Origin: Bacillota bacterium
GTDB lineage: Bacteria > Bacillota > DULZ01
DNA length: 64,000 nucleotides
Reading direction: 5' to 3'
NCBI GenBank assembly: GCA_050951405.1
Contig: JBMNIZ010000016.1
Coordinates: 65,544-129,543, forward strand
The translations under genes and the position numbers were made by a program. Below are positions 40,391 through 52,121 of the stretch, piece after piece. Under the pieces are notes generated by a model. It did no database searches. It was not told where the DNA came from and was given only the letters and a program-made list of their open reading frames with translations. Every line of letters starts with the position of its first letter. The stretch's first letter is position 1.

Positions 40391-41269
40391 CTAATGAGAG
40401 CTGGCATGTTTGAAAGCTTTCTTCTCGCCAACCCTTGTTCTCAAGTCATACCAGAGGGAAGGCGCAATGCAAATTGAAGAATAAGTTCCCACAACGGTCC
40501 CGATCAAGAGAGCCAGGGAAAATACTTTAGTCGTCTCTCCTCCCAGGGTCAGCAAGGACACCAAAGCCAGTGCCACGGTAAGAGAAGTGTTAATGGAACG
40601 AACGATAGTCTGCCGGACGCTGGTATCCGTGATCTTCTCCAGGCTGACTTTCTTCATCAGACCCAGATTTTCACGGACCCTGTCGAAAATGACAATGGTA
40701 TTATTAATGGAATAGCCGATGATAGTCAGAAGGGCTGCCACAAAAGCGCCGTCCACCTCCAATTGGAGCAGAGAAAAAATACTAACTGTAACCAACACAT
40801 CGTGGATTAAGGGAATTACGGCAGAAATTCCAAAAGTCCACTCAAAGCGGAAGGAAATGTAAATGATCATCAAAACTGCCGCAATGGCCAGGGCGTAAAG
40901 TGCGTTCAAAGTCAGTTCCTGCCCGATAACCGCTCCGATTTTTTCATTCCGATGGACCTCAATTTGTCCGAACTCTGCCTGAAAGGAAGCCAGCATTTCC
41001 CTATTTTCCTCTTCCCCCAACTCCTCGGTACGAATCACAAATTCGCGGTCTGTTGCTACCTCTTGAATGGAAAATCCCGATAAGCCCCGTGTTTCAAGAA
41101 AATCATGTAACTTTGAGCTGGAAACTTCCTGGGCAAACTGAATCTGAAGCACATTGCCACCGGTAAAATCGATGCCCCAGTTTATTCCTTGAAAAGCCAG
41201 GGAAATCAAGCCTACCAGCAGTATAACCAGGGAAATAGTATACCAGATCTTTCTGCGACTGATGATCAT
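40391..41269 (-). CDS. secF: Protein translocase subunit SecF
   Basis: Translation; adjacent to secD. Confidence 0.9.
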   Translation of the reverse strand: MIISRRKIWYTISLVILLVGLISLAFQGINWGIDFTGGNVLQIQFAQEVSSSKLHDFLETRGLSGFSIQEVATDREFVIRTEELGEEENREMLASFQAEFGQIEVHRNEKIGAVIGQELTLNALYALAIAAVLMIIYISFRFEWTFGISAVIPLIHDVLVTVSIFSLLQLEVDGAFVAALLTIIGYSINNTIVIFDRVRENLGLMKKVSLEKITDTSVRQTIVRSINTSLTVALALVSLLTLGGETTKVFSLALLIGTVVGTYSSICIAPSLWYDLRTRVGEKKAFKHASSH

Positions 41270-42513
41270 CAGGCCTTTTCCCCTCCTTTGACCCCGTAGT
41301 ATTTCAATTGATTAAACAAACCGGACGAAATCGTCAAGCGCAGGAGCCAACGGGTCAAAGTAATGGCGGTAAACATACTGACTAAAATACCAACGCTCAG
41401 CGTAACCGCAAAACCACGAATGGGTCCTGTGCCAAGATAGTAAAGAATCACCGCCGCCAGCAGGGTGGTAACATTGGCATCGACAATTGTCACGAAAGCC
41501 CTTTTAAAACCTGCTTCTACGGCTGCCCGGAGGGTTTTGCCGTTGCGGAGCTCATCCTTAATCCTTTCATAAATCAGGATATTGGCATCCACCGCCATCC
41601 CTACGGAAAGGAGAAGACCTGCTATCCCCGGCAGAGTGAGCACTGCTTCCAGAAAATGCAAAACAGCCAGCACAATAATCCCGTAGATGACCAAGGAAAG
41701 ATTGGCCACAAAACCAGGGACCCGGTAGATAAACAGCATGAAAAGTCCGATGGCTATCAGGCCTACTACTGCTGCCACCTTGCTTTTATTTAAAGAATCC
41801 AGACCCAAAGTAGGACCTACAGACTGTTTAGCGATCACTTCCGTATCAACTGGAAGGGCTCCACCTCTGAGAAGAGCCGCCAGATTGGCCGCGTCATCAA
41901 AGGTCTCAAATCCTCCTCCGATCACTGCAGCGCCACTGGGAATGGGCTCGTCCACGCTGGGATTAGAGATGAGCTGATCATCCAGATAAATACCAATTCG
42001 GTTGCGGGGATCGGAGGACGGGTATTTTGCCGCCTCTGTCGTAGCCCGGGCAAAAGACTTCGTCCCTTCTGCATCAAACTGTAATGCAATCTCAGGTCGA
42101 TTATTAACGGGATTGTGCGTCGCTCTGGCATCTTTCAAATGCCTTCCCTCTAGAATCGTCTCCCCGGCCGAGTTTTTAAACTCCAACATGGCAGTTTTGC
42201 CAATGAGCTCGACAGCTTCTTCCGGATCCTCCAGACCGGCCAACTCGACAATTAGGCGTTTTTCCCCTGCCCTCTGGATCCTGGGTTCAGAAATACCCAA
42301 TTGGTCAACTCTTTCTCTAATAACAGCCTTCAGCTGATTCATATCATCATCAGTAACCACTTGACCTGGCTTTTCCTTGGCTTGCAATGTTACCTGCACC
42401 CCACCCCGAAGATCCAAACCCAATTCCAGGGCATTGAGAAGGGGCTTGTAAGAAAGAACGCCTGCAACAATAATGATCAGCGTGACTGCAATTAATTTGC
42501 TTGCCCGTCCCAA
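41269..42513 (-). CDS. secD: Protein translocase subunit SecD
   Basis: Translation. Confidence 0.9.
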   Translation of the reverse strand: MGRASKLIAVTLIIIVAGVLSYKPLLNALELGLDLRGGVQVTLQAKEKPGQVVTDDDMNQLKAVIRERVDQLGISEPRIQRAGEKRLIVELAGLEDPEEAVELIGKTAMLEFKNSAGETILEGRHLKDARATHNPVNNRPEIALQFDAEGTKSFARATTEAAKYPSSDPRNRIGIYLDDQLISNPSVDEPIPSGAAVIGGGFETFDDAANLAALLRGGALPVDTEVIAKQSVGPTLGLDSLNKSKVAAVVGLIAIGLFMLFIYRVPGFVANLSLVIYGIIVLAVLHFLEAVLTLPGIAGLLLSVGMAVDANILIYERIKDELRNGKTLRAAVEAGFKRAFVTIVDANVTTLLAAVILYYLGTGPIRGFAVTLSVGILVSMFTAITLTRWLLRLTISSGLFNQLKYYGVKGGEKA

Positions 42514-42591
42514 CCGCTTCCCCTCCTTGTGTTTCGCAAATAACTATACCATACCCTAAGATTATAAACCTCCCCCTTCTCCTTGTCAACG

Positions 42592-42607
42592 TTTGGAAAA
42601 ACTTGCT
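42592..42607. repeat. 16-bp direct repeat gtttggaaaaacttgc flanking IS-A copy 2 (second copy at 44202-44217); apparent target duplication
   Basis: Perfect copies sit immediately outside both IS-A ends. Confidence 0.8.
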
Positions 42608-42658
42608 GTTGTTATCTTGTGATAATGTCATCTTGTTAATTATCTTGATAAAATGTAC

Positions 42659-44006
42659 TATGGATAACGAGGTGTATTATCTTATGTCCCAAAAACAACT
42701 TAATAGGTTTTTAGTAATTACCAAACTCATCGAAGGGCATATCACAGTCAAAGAAGCATCTGAGAGCCTTGGACTTTGCGAAAGACAAATACTCCGCCTC
42801 AAGAAAGGAGTGCAAGAACAGGGGGCGTCTTTCCTAGTCCATAAAAACAAAGGCAAAAAACCTTATCATGCCATCCCGGATCAAACTGCCCAGACAATTA
42901 TTAACCTTAAAAAGTCAGATACCTACAAAAACGCTAATTTCTTGCACTTTCAGGAAATGCTGGCAGAGCATGAACAAATTAATATCAGCTATTCAGCGCT
43001 TTACAAGCTGCTAAAGAAGTCGGGCTTTGAAAGCCCGAAAAAACGTAGGAGGTTTAAGCCCCATCGCACTAGAAAGCGTAAACCCCAGGAAGGGCTTTTA
43101 ATCCAGATGGATGCTACGCCCTATGAATGGTTTGGTACCAGCGAAAATTTTAGCCTGCATGGTGGTATTGATGATGCTACAGGCAAAGTGGTAGCCTTAT
43201 ACCTGGCTAAGAATGAATGCCTCCAGGGGTACTTTGAAGTTATGCGCTTTATGTTTGAAAATTTCGGCATCCCGGTTAGTATCTATTCCGACAGCCATAC
43301 CATTTTCAAATCACCTTTAAAGGATAAACTGTCTATTGAAGAACAGTTGGCAGGTAAAAGAACAAAACCAACCCAGTTTGGCCGTGCTATGGAAGAGATG
43401 GGTGTAACCATTATTACCGCACGTTCACCTCAAGCAAAGGGCCGTGTGGAACGTCTGTGGGAAACGCTGCAAAGTAGACTGCCGGTCGAGTTTAAGCGTA
43501 ACAACATCAACACTTTGGATGAGGCTAATGCCTTTTTAGCAAAGTACATATACAAGTTTAATAAGCGGTTTGCGGTAGAGCCTGAAAATACCGAATGTGC
43601 TTTCAGACCCGTACCTTCAAACCTGTGCATAGACCACATCCTTTGCATCGTTAAGCAGCGTACATTTGACAATGGTGGAGTATTTTCCTTTTACAGTAAA
43701 CATTTTAAGATTATTCAGTCCAAGGAACTTCCTCCACTACCCAAAAGTGCCCGCATAGATGTACTTACTAGCCCTCATTTCGGTATTAAAGTGGCCTATA
43801 AGGGTGCTATATACGATACAATGCCGTTCGTTAAGTCAAAGAAGATACAGGACAAGGCTCCTGCAAAAGAGAGAAAGAAATGGTCACCACCGGACAGCCA
43901 TTACTACAAGTACGGTCATAGACTTGTGAAAAAACTGGCCTTTACCGAAAGTGATCAAGAAATACTCGCGATGCTCGAAGAAATATTTCTCTCAAAAATG
44001 GCTTAA
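42659..44006 (+). CDS. DDE (rve) transposase of IS-A copy 2, 448 aa
   Basis: Identical to the copy-1 protein apart from one residue; the 501-aa ORF in the track is an upstream read-through extension. Confidence 0.8.
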
Positions 44007-44065
44007 AACACGTTGTTTTAACCTGGCTAACTATTACTCTGCTGGCTGCCTGGCAACGTCAAGGG

Positions 44066-44137
44066 CGAGCTTTAGCGAGTTCATCTTGACCCTTGACGTT
44101 GCCAGACAGCCAGCTATCATCCCAATAGCCAGGTTAA
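44066..44137. repeat. Quasi-palindrome of IS-A copy 2 with its core in the opposite relative orientation to copy 1
   Basis: Core 44090-44113 cgagctttagcgagttcatcttga is identical on the + strand in both copies even though the elements are inverted. Confidence 0.85.
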
Positions 44138-44265
44138 AGATGACATTTTCTAACGATAATTAACTATCTTTTGGGGTGACATTTTCATAAGTTATTGACA
44201 CGTTTGGAAAAACTTGCGAGAGAATAGCAATGCAAAATAGCAGGAGTAAGAATCCCGCAGCCAAG

Positions 44266-44296
44266 CTGTCTGCACATTTGATGAAAAAACCGGCTC
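44266..44296 (-). terminator. Intrinsic terminator after mazF (ccggcctgagagccgg plus T6 on the minus strand)
   Basis: Read from the sequence. Confidence 0.6.
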
Positions 44297-44313
44297 TCAG
44301 GCCGGCAAACTGA

Positions 44314-44718
44314 TCAGGAGCTCTGCTTTTGCAGGTAACTCCGGTTTTGCAACTTTTGCAAGGTGCTTAAACCCAGGCTTAATTCAATGGCAGTATCAAC
44401 CTTTTGCATTGTTTCCGGAGAAAGCCTGCCCAAATAATTGTCATTTGTAAAGCAAGCCTTGTCCAAGGTGCGAATTTGAGAAAAAAGAGCCACATGGTCT
44501 TTTTGCAACCCATTCTGGTTATTGCGATTAATGGGCACTGCAAAAATAAGGCGCTTGGCACGCAGCGTGTGGGAAAGAGGCACGACGATAACGCTATTGC
44601 AAAAACGATTGCCGATATCGTTCTGGATAACCAGCACTGGGCGCAAAATCTCCCGGCCCTGTCTGTCCATTCCCAAATTGACCATGAAAAGGTCTCCCCG
44701 CCGAATCATCACTCCCAT
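44314..44718 (-). CDS. mazF: MazF/PemK-family type II toxin (mRNA interferase), 134 aa
   Basis: RGDLFMVNLG...RPVLVIQND signature. Confidence 0.8.
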   Translation of the reverse strand: MGVMIRRGDLFMVNLGMDRQGREILRPVLVIQNDIGNRFCNSVIVVPLSHTLRAKRLIFAVPINRNNQNGLQKDHVALFSQIRTLDKACFTNDNYLGRLSPETMQKVDTAIELSLGLSTLQKLQNRSYLQKQSS

Positions 44719-44888
44719 CCTTAACCCCCCAGCCCTGTCTCTTCCAGTTTTTGCAATACTCTGTTCTCTATCTCCTGCCAGCTCTCCTCAAGAGTGAATC
44801 CCCAAAATGATAAAAGAGTATAGTCTCTGGCGATTCTTTCCGGCAAATCCTCTTTAAAACCGAATAAACGGGCTAACCAAGACATGAT
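44715..44888 (-). CDS. Putative cognate antitoxin (57 aa, MSWLARLFGFKEDLPERIARDY...), overlapping the mazF start by 4 bp
   Basis: Small ORF found by hand and not in the supplied track; the overlap ATGGGAGTGA is typical of TA operons. Confidence 0.5.
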
Positions 44889-45003
44889 TTCACCCCTTTT
44901 TCACTACACAAATCAGTATAGATTAATTGTTGGACAAAGCTTTTCCAATTCCTTTTTCGATTCCTGTCTTTTATTGGCAATTATTGGAGATATGGCCGGC
45001 CCA

Positions 45004-45031
45004 AATAAAAAAAGTCCTTTCACAAGGACTT
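45004..45031 (-). terminator. Intrinsic terminator after yajC (aagtccttgtgaaaggactt plus T7)
   Basis: Read from the sequence. Confidence 0.7.
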
Positions 45032-45045
45032 CTTCAAAAATTTGC

Positions 45046-45315
45046 TTACTCGTCTCTTCCTAAAATACGGCCCACGGCAGTTTTTTCGATCTCAATTTCT
45101 GTCTTATCGGCAATTCGAATAGTCAAAATGTCGTCTTTTATTTTCAGCACCCGCCCATGTATTCCGCCAATTGTGACGATGTGATCATTCACTTTAACAG
45201 AATCAAGCATTTGCTGTCTTTGCCTCTGTTGTTTTTGCTGAGGCCTAATCATCAAAAAGTAGATGATGGCAAAAAATATGCCCAGATAAATAAGGGTTCC
45301 TGTCCACTGTTGCAA
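45046..45315 (-). CDS. yajC: Preprotein translocase subunit YajC
   Basis: Translation. Confidence 0.85.
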   Translation of the reverse strand: MQQWTGTLIYLGIFFAIIYFLMIRPQQKQQRQRQQMLDSVKVNDHIVTIGGIHGRVLKIKDDILTIRIADKTEIEIEKTAVGRILGRDE

Positions 45316-45378
45316 TGTTCCAACATCCTTCCTAATATTTTTTTCAATAGAGTTCTACGGTTATTGGCCAAATCCTTT

Positions 45379-46506
<1,128 letters not shown>

Positions 46507-47532
46507 CTAGATAAGAAACATGGCATCGCCAAAACTGAAAAAACGGTAATTATTTTCGATGGCCTTCTGGTAAGCGTAGCGAATTAATTCAATTCCCGCG
46601 AAAGCGCTCACTAACATCAATAAGCTGGAACGTGGCAAATGAAAATTGGTAATCAAACAGTCGGTCAGCTTGAAACTGTAACCCGGGTAAATAAAAATAT
46701 CCGTCCAACCTTGAGAGGGATACAGCAATCCATCATTGCCGACAGCTGTTTCCAAGGTCCGTACGGTAGTAGTACCAACGGCAATGACCCTTCTCTTTGC
46801 CGCCTTGGCCCGGTTGATTATTTGTGCCGCTTCCTTCCCTATCCGATAGTACTCGCTGTGCATGGTATGCTTTTCTATCTCCTGAACTTGTACCGGCCTG
46901 AAAGTACCCAGTCCCACATGGAGAGTCAATTCAACTATTTCCACTCCTTTGGCTCGGATCCTGGCAAGCAAATCTTCGGTAAAATGAAGACCGGCCGTAG
47001 GTGCCGCCACAGAGCCTGAGTGCCTGGCATAAATGGTCTGATACCGATCCGGGTCTCGAAGGGGTTGATGAATATAAGGGGGTAATGGGGTCTGCCCCAA
47101 TTCCTCCAGTTTTTCGTCAAAACTGCCCTGGAAGGAGAATTGCAGAACACGTCCTCCTGCATCGGTAGCTTCCTTCACCAGGGCCGTCATCTCCCCGGAC
47201 CCAAATACTATCTCAGTACCCGGCCTGGCCCTCTTCCCTGGTTTTACCAAAGCCTCCCAGCGGCAGTGATCTAATCTCCGCAGAAGCAGGGCCTCTATTT
47301 TTGCCCCTGTTGGCTGTTTCCTGCCAACGAGCCTGGCCGGAATAACCTTGGTATTATTCATGACCAGCACGTCCCCGGGGAAAAGATAATCGGAGATCTC
47401 AAAAAACCGGCGGTGTTCAATTTTTTGCCGGAGGCGATCCACCACCATTAACCGAGCCCGGTCCCGGGGTTCTATCGGCTCCTGGGCAATCAAACTTTCC
47501 GGTAAATCATAATCAAACTCTTCTATTCTCAT
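46507..47532 (-). CDS. queA: S-adenosylmethionine:tRNA ribosyltransferase-isomerase
   Basis: Translation. Confidence 0.9.
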   Translation of the reverse strand: MRIEEFDYDLPESLIAQEPIEPRDRARLMVVDRLRQKIEHRRFFEISDYLFPGDVLVMNNTKVIPARLVGRKQPTGAKIEALLLRRLDHCRWEALVKPGKRARPGTEIVFGSGEMTALVKEATDAGGRVLQFSFQGSFDEKLEELGQTPLPPYIHQPLRDPDRYQTIYARHSGSVAAPTAGLHFTEDLLARIRAKGVEIVELTLHVGLGTFRPVQVQEIEKHTMHSEYYRIGKEAAQIINRAKAAKRRVIAVGTTTVRTLETAVGNDGLLYPSQGWTDIFIYPGYSFKLTDCLITNFHLPRSSLLMLVSAFAGIELIRYAYQKAIENNYRFFSFGDAMFLI

Positions 47533-47542
47533 AGGTTTTTCC

Positions 47543-48961
47543 TTAAAACGGCTCTATAGTTAGCCTGCCGTCATTTTTACCCTGATTATAATAGTGTTCA
47601 ATTATTTGTCGGTAGTTATACCCTGCTTCAGCCATTCCCCAAGCCCCCCACTGGCTCATTCCCACTCCATGCCCGTGTCCCCAACCCTCAAAAGTAACTG
47701 TGTCAAAGCTCTGTGGCAAAATGGACCGAAGGGAGTTTTCTCCTGCCAGGTAAATTGATGGGGAGTTGGAAAGAAGCACTTCGCTCCCTGCCGTTACAAC
47801 CTTTACCCCTTCAATTGAATTAAGAGCTAATACCTGCCCCTCCCCATTGGTAACGAAAACCGTCGCATCGGAAATTATCTGGAAAAGGGTGCTTTTCAGC
47901 CCCAGAACTGATCGTATTTTATCCCGAAAGATACTCTTCGTGCCTGCGGTTCCGATCAAATCCAGCCTGGATACCCGGCCAGAAGGGGTGAGATGGGGAG
48001 CGCCCCGGCGATCCTCCTGGCTGATCTTCAATCTCAATAACTTGCCGATAGCTATTTGATCTTCCGGATGAGACTGATTCCAGGCTTGGATTTTCTGCTC
48101 CAACTCTTGGAGGCTATAGCTTTGTTGCCAGCAGTAGGTATTAGCCGGCCATCCACCGGGGGTCTGGTGCGGATATTGAAGGACATAAGCATCGTAGGGA
48201 GAAGGCACTCCTTTTAAGTAGGGCAATTCCTTTTCCCAGACATTTTCACTGTTCTCAGTGTGACCGCCTCCATTGGCATGAAAAAAAGCTTGAATCAATT
48301 CCCCGTCATAATTAATTACCAACCCCTCGGTAGCGCGGATGGCTTCGTAAATCCTTTCCATTCCCGGCACAGTCTCCGCCTCGTAGCCCCCATAAACTTG
48401 AGTTGAAGTATCGGCGGAGAGATCATAATAAGCCGAGGGATTTCGATTACTCAAAGCATAGGTACGGGAAACTACCGCCTGGGCTTTTAGAGCTTCCAAA
48501 GGCGCCGTCACGCCCATTTCCTTGACCAGCACACCGGCCAGATAATTCTCCAGGTCCACCACATTAACGGCCATCAGCCCGGAAGATTCGTTATAAATAT
48601 AAAGGTCGCCCCGGTAGCGAAGATTCCGATAGCGAAATAAATTGAGCCCGGAGGAATCTTCCGCCTGGAGCAAAAGAGGACCCTTCACAGAGATATCCAA
48701 CGCTTGCCCATCTCTGGCCAAGCGATAACTAGGACCTTCCTTACTGACGGACCATTTTTCGCCAACGGCAATCCTAGCCACAGCCAACCCATGGGCACAG
48801 TCCACCAATTGATAAGAACCATCGGCCACTTCAAATTCAACAATGGATACATCCCGTTGAAGAAGAACCCGTACATCAGCCCTAGAGGCGGCCCAGCCAT
48901 CTGTCCCAAAAGGGAAAAAAACGATCAGTAGAGATGCTGCCAGGGTAATCAGTGCTCTCAA
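47543..48961 (-). CDS. SpoIID/LytB-domain protein (sporulation-type lytic transglycosylase / amidase enhancer), 472 aa with signal peptide
   Basis: SpoIID/LytB-like sequence. Confidence 0.7.
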   Translation of the reverse strand: MRALITLAASLLIVFFPFGTDGWAASRADVRVLLQRDVSIVEFEVADGSYQLVDCAHGLAVARIAVGEKWSVSKEGPSYRLARDGQALDISVKGPLLLQAEDSSGLNLFRYRNLRYRGDLYIYNESSGLMAVNVVDLENYLAGVLVKEMGVTAPLEALKAQAVVSRTYALSNRNPSAYYDLSADTSTQVYGGYEAETVPGMERIYEAIRATEGLVINYDGELIQAFFHANGGGHTENSENVWEKELPYLKGVPSPYDAYVLQYPHQTPGGWPANTYCWQQSYSLQELEQKIQAWNQSHPEDQIAIGKLLRLKISQEDRRGAPHLTPSGRVSRLDLIGTAGTKSIFRDKIRSVLGLKSTLFQIISDATVFVTNGEGQVLALNSIEGVKVVTAGSEVLLSNSPSIYLAGENSLRSILPQSFDTVTFEGWGHGHGVGMSQWGAWGMAEAGYNYRQIIEHYYNQGKNDGRLTIEPF

Positions 48962-49150
48962 TGGCCATTCTTTCCTCTCTCAAATTCAACATAATTCTTA
49001 CTCATTTTTCGACAAGCATTTCCAAAGTCCTTCCACCGGGAAACTAATCCCACTTATCCGAGGTAAATCACTTCATTTCCGGCAAAAGAAAAAGGCCCCG
49101 CTTTTCAAATGGCTGCAGGACCTGTCCTTAAATGAGTGCGAATTCAAGGC

Positions 49151-50419
49151 TCAGGTTTTATTTCCCTTGTTATTTGGTTTGCCTGGATGGCGGCTGTGGT
49201 GAGGAGCAGATTGTAACTCCCTTCTGCCTTTTATGCTTGATGGGGATTTCTTCTCTTCTTCATTCTCTTTCTCTTGCAACGATTTTTTTTCTTGGCCATA
49301 ATTCTTTTCTTTATCTTTTTCCCTCTTGCTGCTTTCCGGCCTTGTTTTTTTCTCCTCCTGCCGGAAACCGCTGAAGCGAGCTTTTGACAAAGCACTTTCC
49401 AGCCATGAAGGAAGCTTCTTTTCATTATCGGATTTAATATTTCTTCCGATATCTGTCTTTCCTTTCAAGTCAGGCTTCGTTTTATGATCCCGCTTTACCA
49501 CTTCAACTTTGTTTTGCGGTGTTCTGCCTTTTTTGTCATTACCCTCCTCAGTTTTTTTGTCCTGAAGATCTTCCTTTTTCTTCCCAGGCAGTTTATTTTT
49601 CACTTTTTGTTCCAATGCTTTCAGGTCTTTTTCTTTTTTAGCTTGTGTTACCAGTTTTTGAAAGTCACCTCCGGCCGAAGCTATCGCAGACTGAATACTC
49701 CTCTTCTGCAAATGGGAGGCTTCTATGGGCAAACCTTCTTGCAGACCTTCCAGCATGATCACATATTTCCCCACAGAAAGATTGAATTCCTGAGCTTGAG
49801 GTCGAAGTTCCGACGGCACCACGAGAACATCCACGGAAGCTCGGACATTGGTACTCTCAAGTACCTGACTGGCCTTTTCCATTAATTGTGCCGAAAGCCC
49901 TTGATCCTGTTTCTGCCCACCCTCGTCCTGCGAACTGACTGTGATCAAAATATTGTTCTCTTTGGCAGCATGAAAAAAACCCAATTCTGACGCTCTCCGC
50001 ACGGTGAGAGGTATAACCTCTTCGATAGGCTGGTGCATAATGTTTTGCCCTTCTATCAATCGCTCTGCTTCTGCATTAAGAGCATTAACCCTAATCACGC
50101 GCAGATCCCGGTCCAATCCGTACTCCAGACTGGGATTAATGTCCAGAGTAACCCAAGCGACCTCAGCCATTTTGCCAGCGGTGAGTACTGCCGGCAAAAT
50201 GGAAAAAGGAAGGAAGAGAAAGATGAGCGCAGCCGCTACTGCTACCAGAGCCAGTTTTGACTTCCGGGAAGGTTTTTCCTGGCCTGACAGAAAGATTTCC
50301 TCACCTACTTGAGGCATGGCTCCCTGTAACCGTTCTTTAAGAAAATGCCCGTCTCGGGTCATGATCACTACATAAGGAGGGTCTACCTTCATCACCAATC
50401 CACTAATCTTTTTTTGCAC
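49151..50419 (-). CDS. rsgI: Anti-sigma-I factor RsgI-like: N-terminal anti-sigma domain, one TM, an extracytoplasmic domain, then a ~170-aa K/E-rich low-complexity tail
   Basis: N-terminus VQKKISGLVMKVDPPYVVIMTRDGHFL is the RsgI_N signature; immediately downstream of sigI. Confidence 0.7.
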   Translation of the reverse strand: MQKKISGLVMKVDPPYVVIMTRDGHFLKERLQGAMPQVGEEIFLSGQEKPSRKSKLALVAVAAALIFLFLPFSILPAVLTAGKMAEVAWVTLDINPSLEYGLDRDLRVIRVNALNAEAERLIEGQNIMHQPIEEVIPLTVRRASELGFFHAAKENNILITVSSQDEGGQKQDQGLSAQLMEKASQVLESTNVRASVDVLVVPSELRPQAQEFNLSVGKYVIMLEGLQEGLPIEASHLQKRSIQSAIASAGGDFQKLVTQAKKEKDLKALEQKVKNKLPGKKKEDLQDKKTEEGNDKKGRTPQNKVEVVKRDHKTKPDLKGKTDIGRNIKSDNEKKLPSWLESALSKARFSGFRQEEKKTRPESSKREKDKEKNYGQEKKSLQEKENEEEKKSPSSIKGRRELQSAPHHSRHPGKPNNKGNKT

Positions 50420-51196
50420 CTGTCAGACCTCCTCCCTTTTGATCTTTCAGGTAACTTTTCAAATAAGGGTATTGTCCCGATAAAGCCAGCACTAAAGCCA
50501 AAATGTACTTGCGCTGTCTTTCCAAGGTTTTGCGGCTAACCTGTACTAATGGCTCCAGGCTTTTTAAAGGCAGTTCTTTTTTTCGAAAACGTGTTTTTTT
50601 AATTGGTCATGCTCCAGAATGATGTTAGCCACTTGCAAAGCCCGCTCCCTGGCATCCCGGTGTTTTGGGCAAACCCGAACAATTTCCTCCAGGGTAATGC
50701 CAAGCCCCTCTAAAACCTCCACAAAAGAGTTTATCTCCTCCTGCCTTTCTCTGATCTCTTCTCCGGCCAAATAATGGTCAATGGCTTTTTCATTGGCTAT
50801 TTTTTCCAAGACGTTTGCTTCTTCCTCAGGGGCATCGCGCATCAGGCCGGAGAAGGGAATGGCATTTTTATGTTTGCCTTCCCGGCGGAAATAGTCAATC
50901 AGGCGTCTCCGAATAAGAATCTCGGCAAAAGTCAGAAAACTGCTCCCTTTTGTGCGATCATATTGATCAATGGCCTGATTAAAGGCTAATAGGGACAGAC
51001 TATATTCATCATCTTCTCTGCTGATATAGCGTCCACTGACTTGGGAGCAGGTTTTCAAAAGAAAAGGGGAAAATCGTTTCAAAAGATCTTCCCGCACCTG
51101 GACATCCCCTGATTGGGCTCTGATCAACAGCTGATCAAAATCCATCTGAGCCAGTGTGGATGCATTCTTCTTGGAAAGCAGCCGCAACTGCCTCAC
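50402..51196 (-). CDS. sigI: RNA polymerase sigma-I factor SigI; frameshift in an A7 homopolymer near 50565
   Basis: Sigma-70 region 2 sequence; the true C-terminus (...VSRKTLERQRKYILALVLALSGQYPYLKSYLKDQKGGG...) is in another frame. Confidence 0.7.
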
Positions 51197-51278
51197 CTCT
51201 TTGATAAAAGAATTCGCCGGCCATTTCCTCTTTATGAGGGTAGCAGCTGATTGCTCCTGAATTTAAATACTGATTATG

Positions 51279-51530
51279 CTAACGGCGCAATACTATGTTC
51301 AGAATGATAGTCAAAAGAAGGCTTAAAAGAATACAGCTGGCTAAAGGAAAATAAATACTGAAATTTCCCTTCTGATAGAAAATATCTCCCGGAATTTTTC
51401 CCAGGAAAGGAAACAGCCGGCCCAGCCCCCAAAGGATTAATCCAAGGAAGGTAAGCAACAAGCCGAACTGAATAAGCATTTTGCCAAAGAAATTCCATTC
51501 TCCCAAAGCACTGATCCACCTTTCTTCCAA
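51279..51530 (-). CDS. DUF2905-type small membrane protein, 83 aa
   Basis: Translation. Confidence 0.5.
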   Translation of the reverse strand: MEERWISALGEWNFFGKMLIQFGLLLTFLGLILWGLGRLFPFLGKIPGDIFYQKGNFSIYFPLASCILLSLLLTIILNIVLRR

Positions 51531-51620
51531 GCTGTTCTATACAGTTTTATAATATCATAAAGAGCTTCACTTTTTACCAGAGAATACAACAGGCTGTACC
51601 CAGTACAGCCTCAACAAACA

Positions 51621-52121
51621 CTACTTGCTTTTTAGAAACTTCTCTTGAATAAAACCTACGATGCCGGCACTGTCATCCAAATCAAATTCCGGCACTCCGA
51701 TGTTCAAGGGAACATTAGTTGCCACAGCAATTAATTCTTCCCGCTTACAAAGAAGCGTATCGGACACTTCTGATCGGAAAACTTCGATTTTGGGTTTATC
51801 CTGCCTCTTGTAGCCTTCCGTAATAATCAGATCCACATGATCGAGCTTGCTGGCAATTTCAGCCAGAGTCTTTTCCCTATCAACTTTCTCAATAATTGCC
51901 ATTTTTTGAGGGGAGGAAATTACCACAATATCGGCTCCGGCCCTGGCATGCTTCCAGGTATCTTTTCCAGGTCGGTCTATGTCAAAACCATGCACATCGT
52001 GCTTAATAACGGCCACCCGGTAGCCTCTTTTTTTTATTTCGGGCAGCAGTTTTTCTAATAAAGTCGTTTTTCCCACCTTTGATTTGCCCACAACAGAAAT
52101 AATTGGTACCAATTTAACCAT
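51621..52121 (-). CDS. mobB: Molybdopterin-guanine dinucleotide biosynthesis adapter MobB
   Basis: P-loop GKSKVGKTTL plus MobB body. Confidence 0.85.
   Translation of the reverse strand: MVKLVPIISVVGKSKVGKTTLLEKLLPEIKKRGYRVAVIKHDVHGFDIDRPGKDTWKHARAGADIVVISSPQKMAIIEKVDREKTLAEIASKLDHVDLIITEGYKRQDKPKIEVFRSEVSDTLLCKREELIAVATNVPLNIGVPEFDLDDSAGIVGFIQEKFLKSK

Larger units (their letters stand above)
42608..44201 (+). mobile_element. IS-A copy 2, inverted relative to copy 1, inserted between the mazF terminator and the secD promoter region
   Basis: Full-length match to 948-2543 (reverse complement) except for the flipped 24-bp hairpin core and one arm mismatch. Confidence 0.8.

Noticed and set aside
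42501-44006. 501-aa version of the IS-A transposase ORF
   Set aside because: The extra 53 N-terminal codons read through the IS left IR and the flanking secD promoter region; copy 1 shows the real start at MDNEVYYLMSQ
948-44201. Composite transposon bounded by the two IS-A copies
   Set aside because: The 40 kb in between is conserved housekeeping sequence in Bacillus-like order (secDF, recJ, relA, hisS-aspS, nifS-mnmA), not cargo; the copies are merely independent insertions
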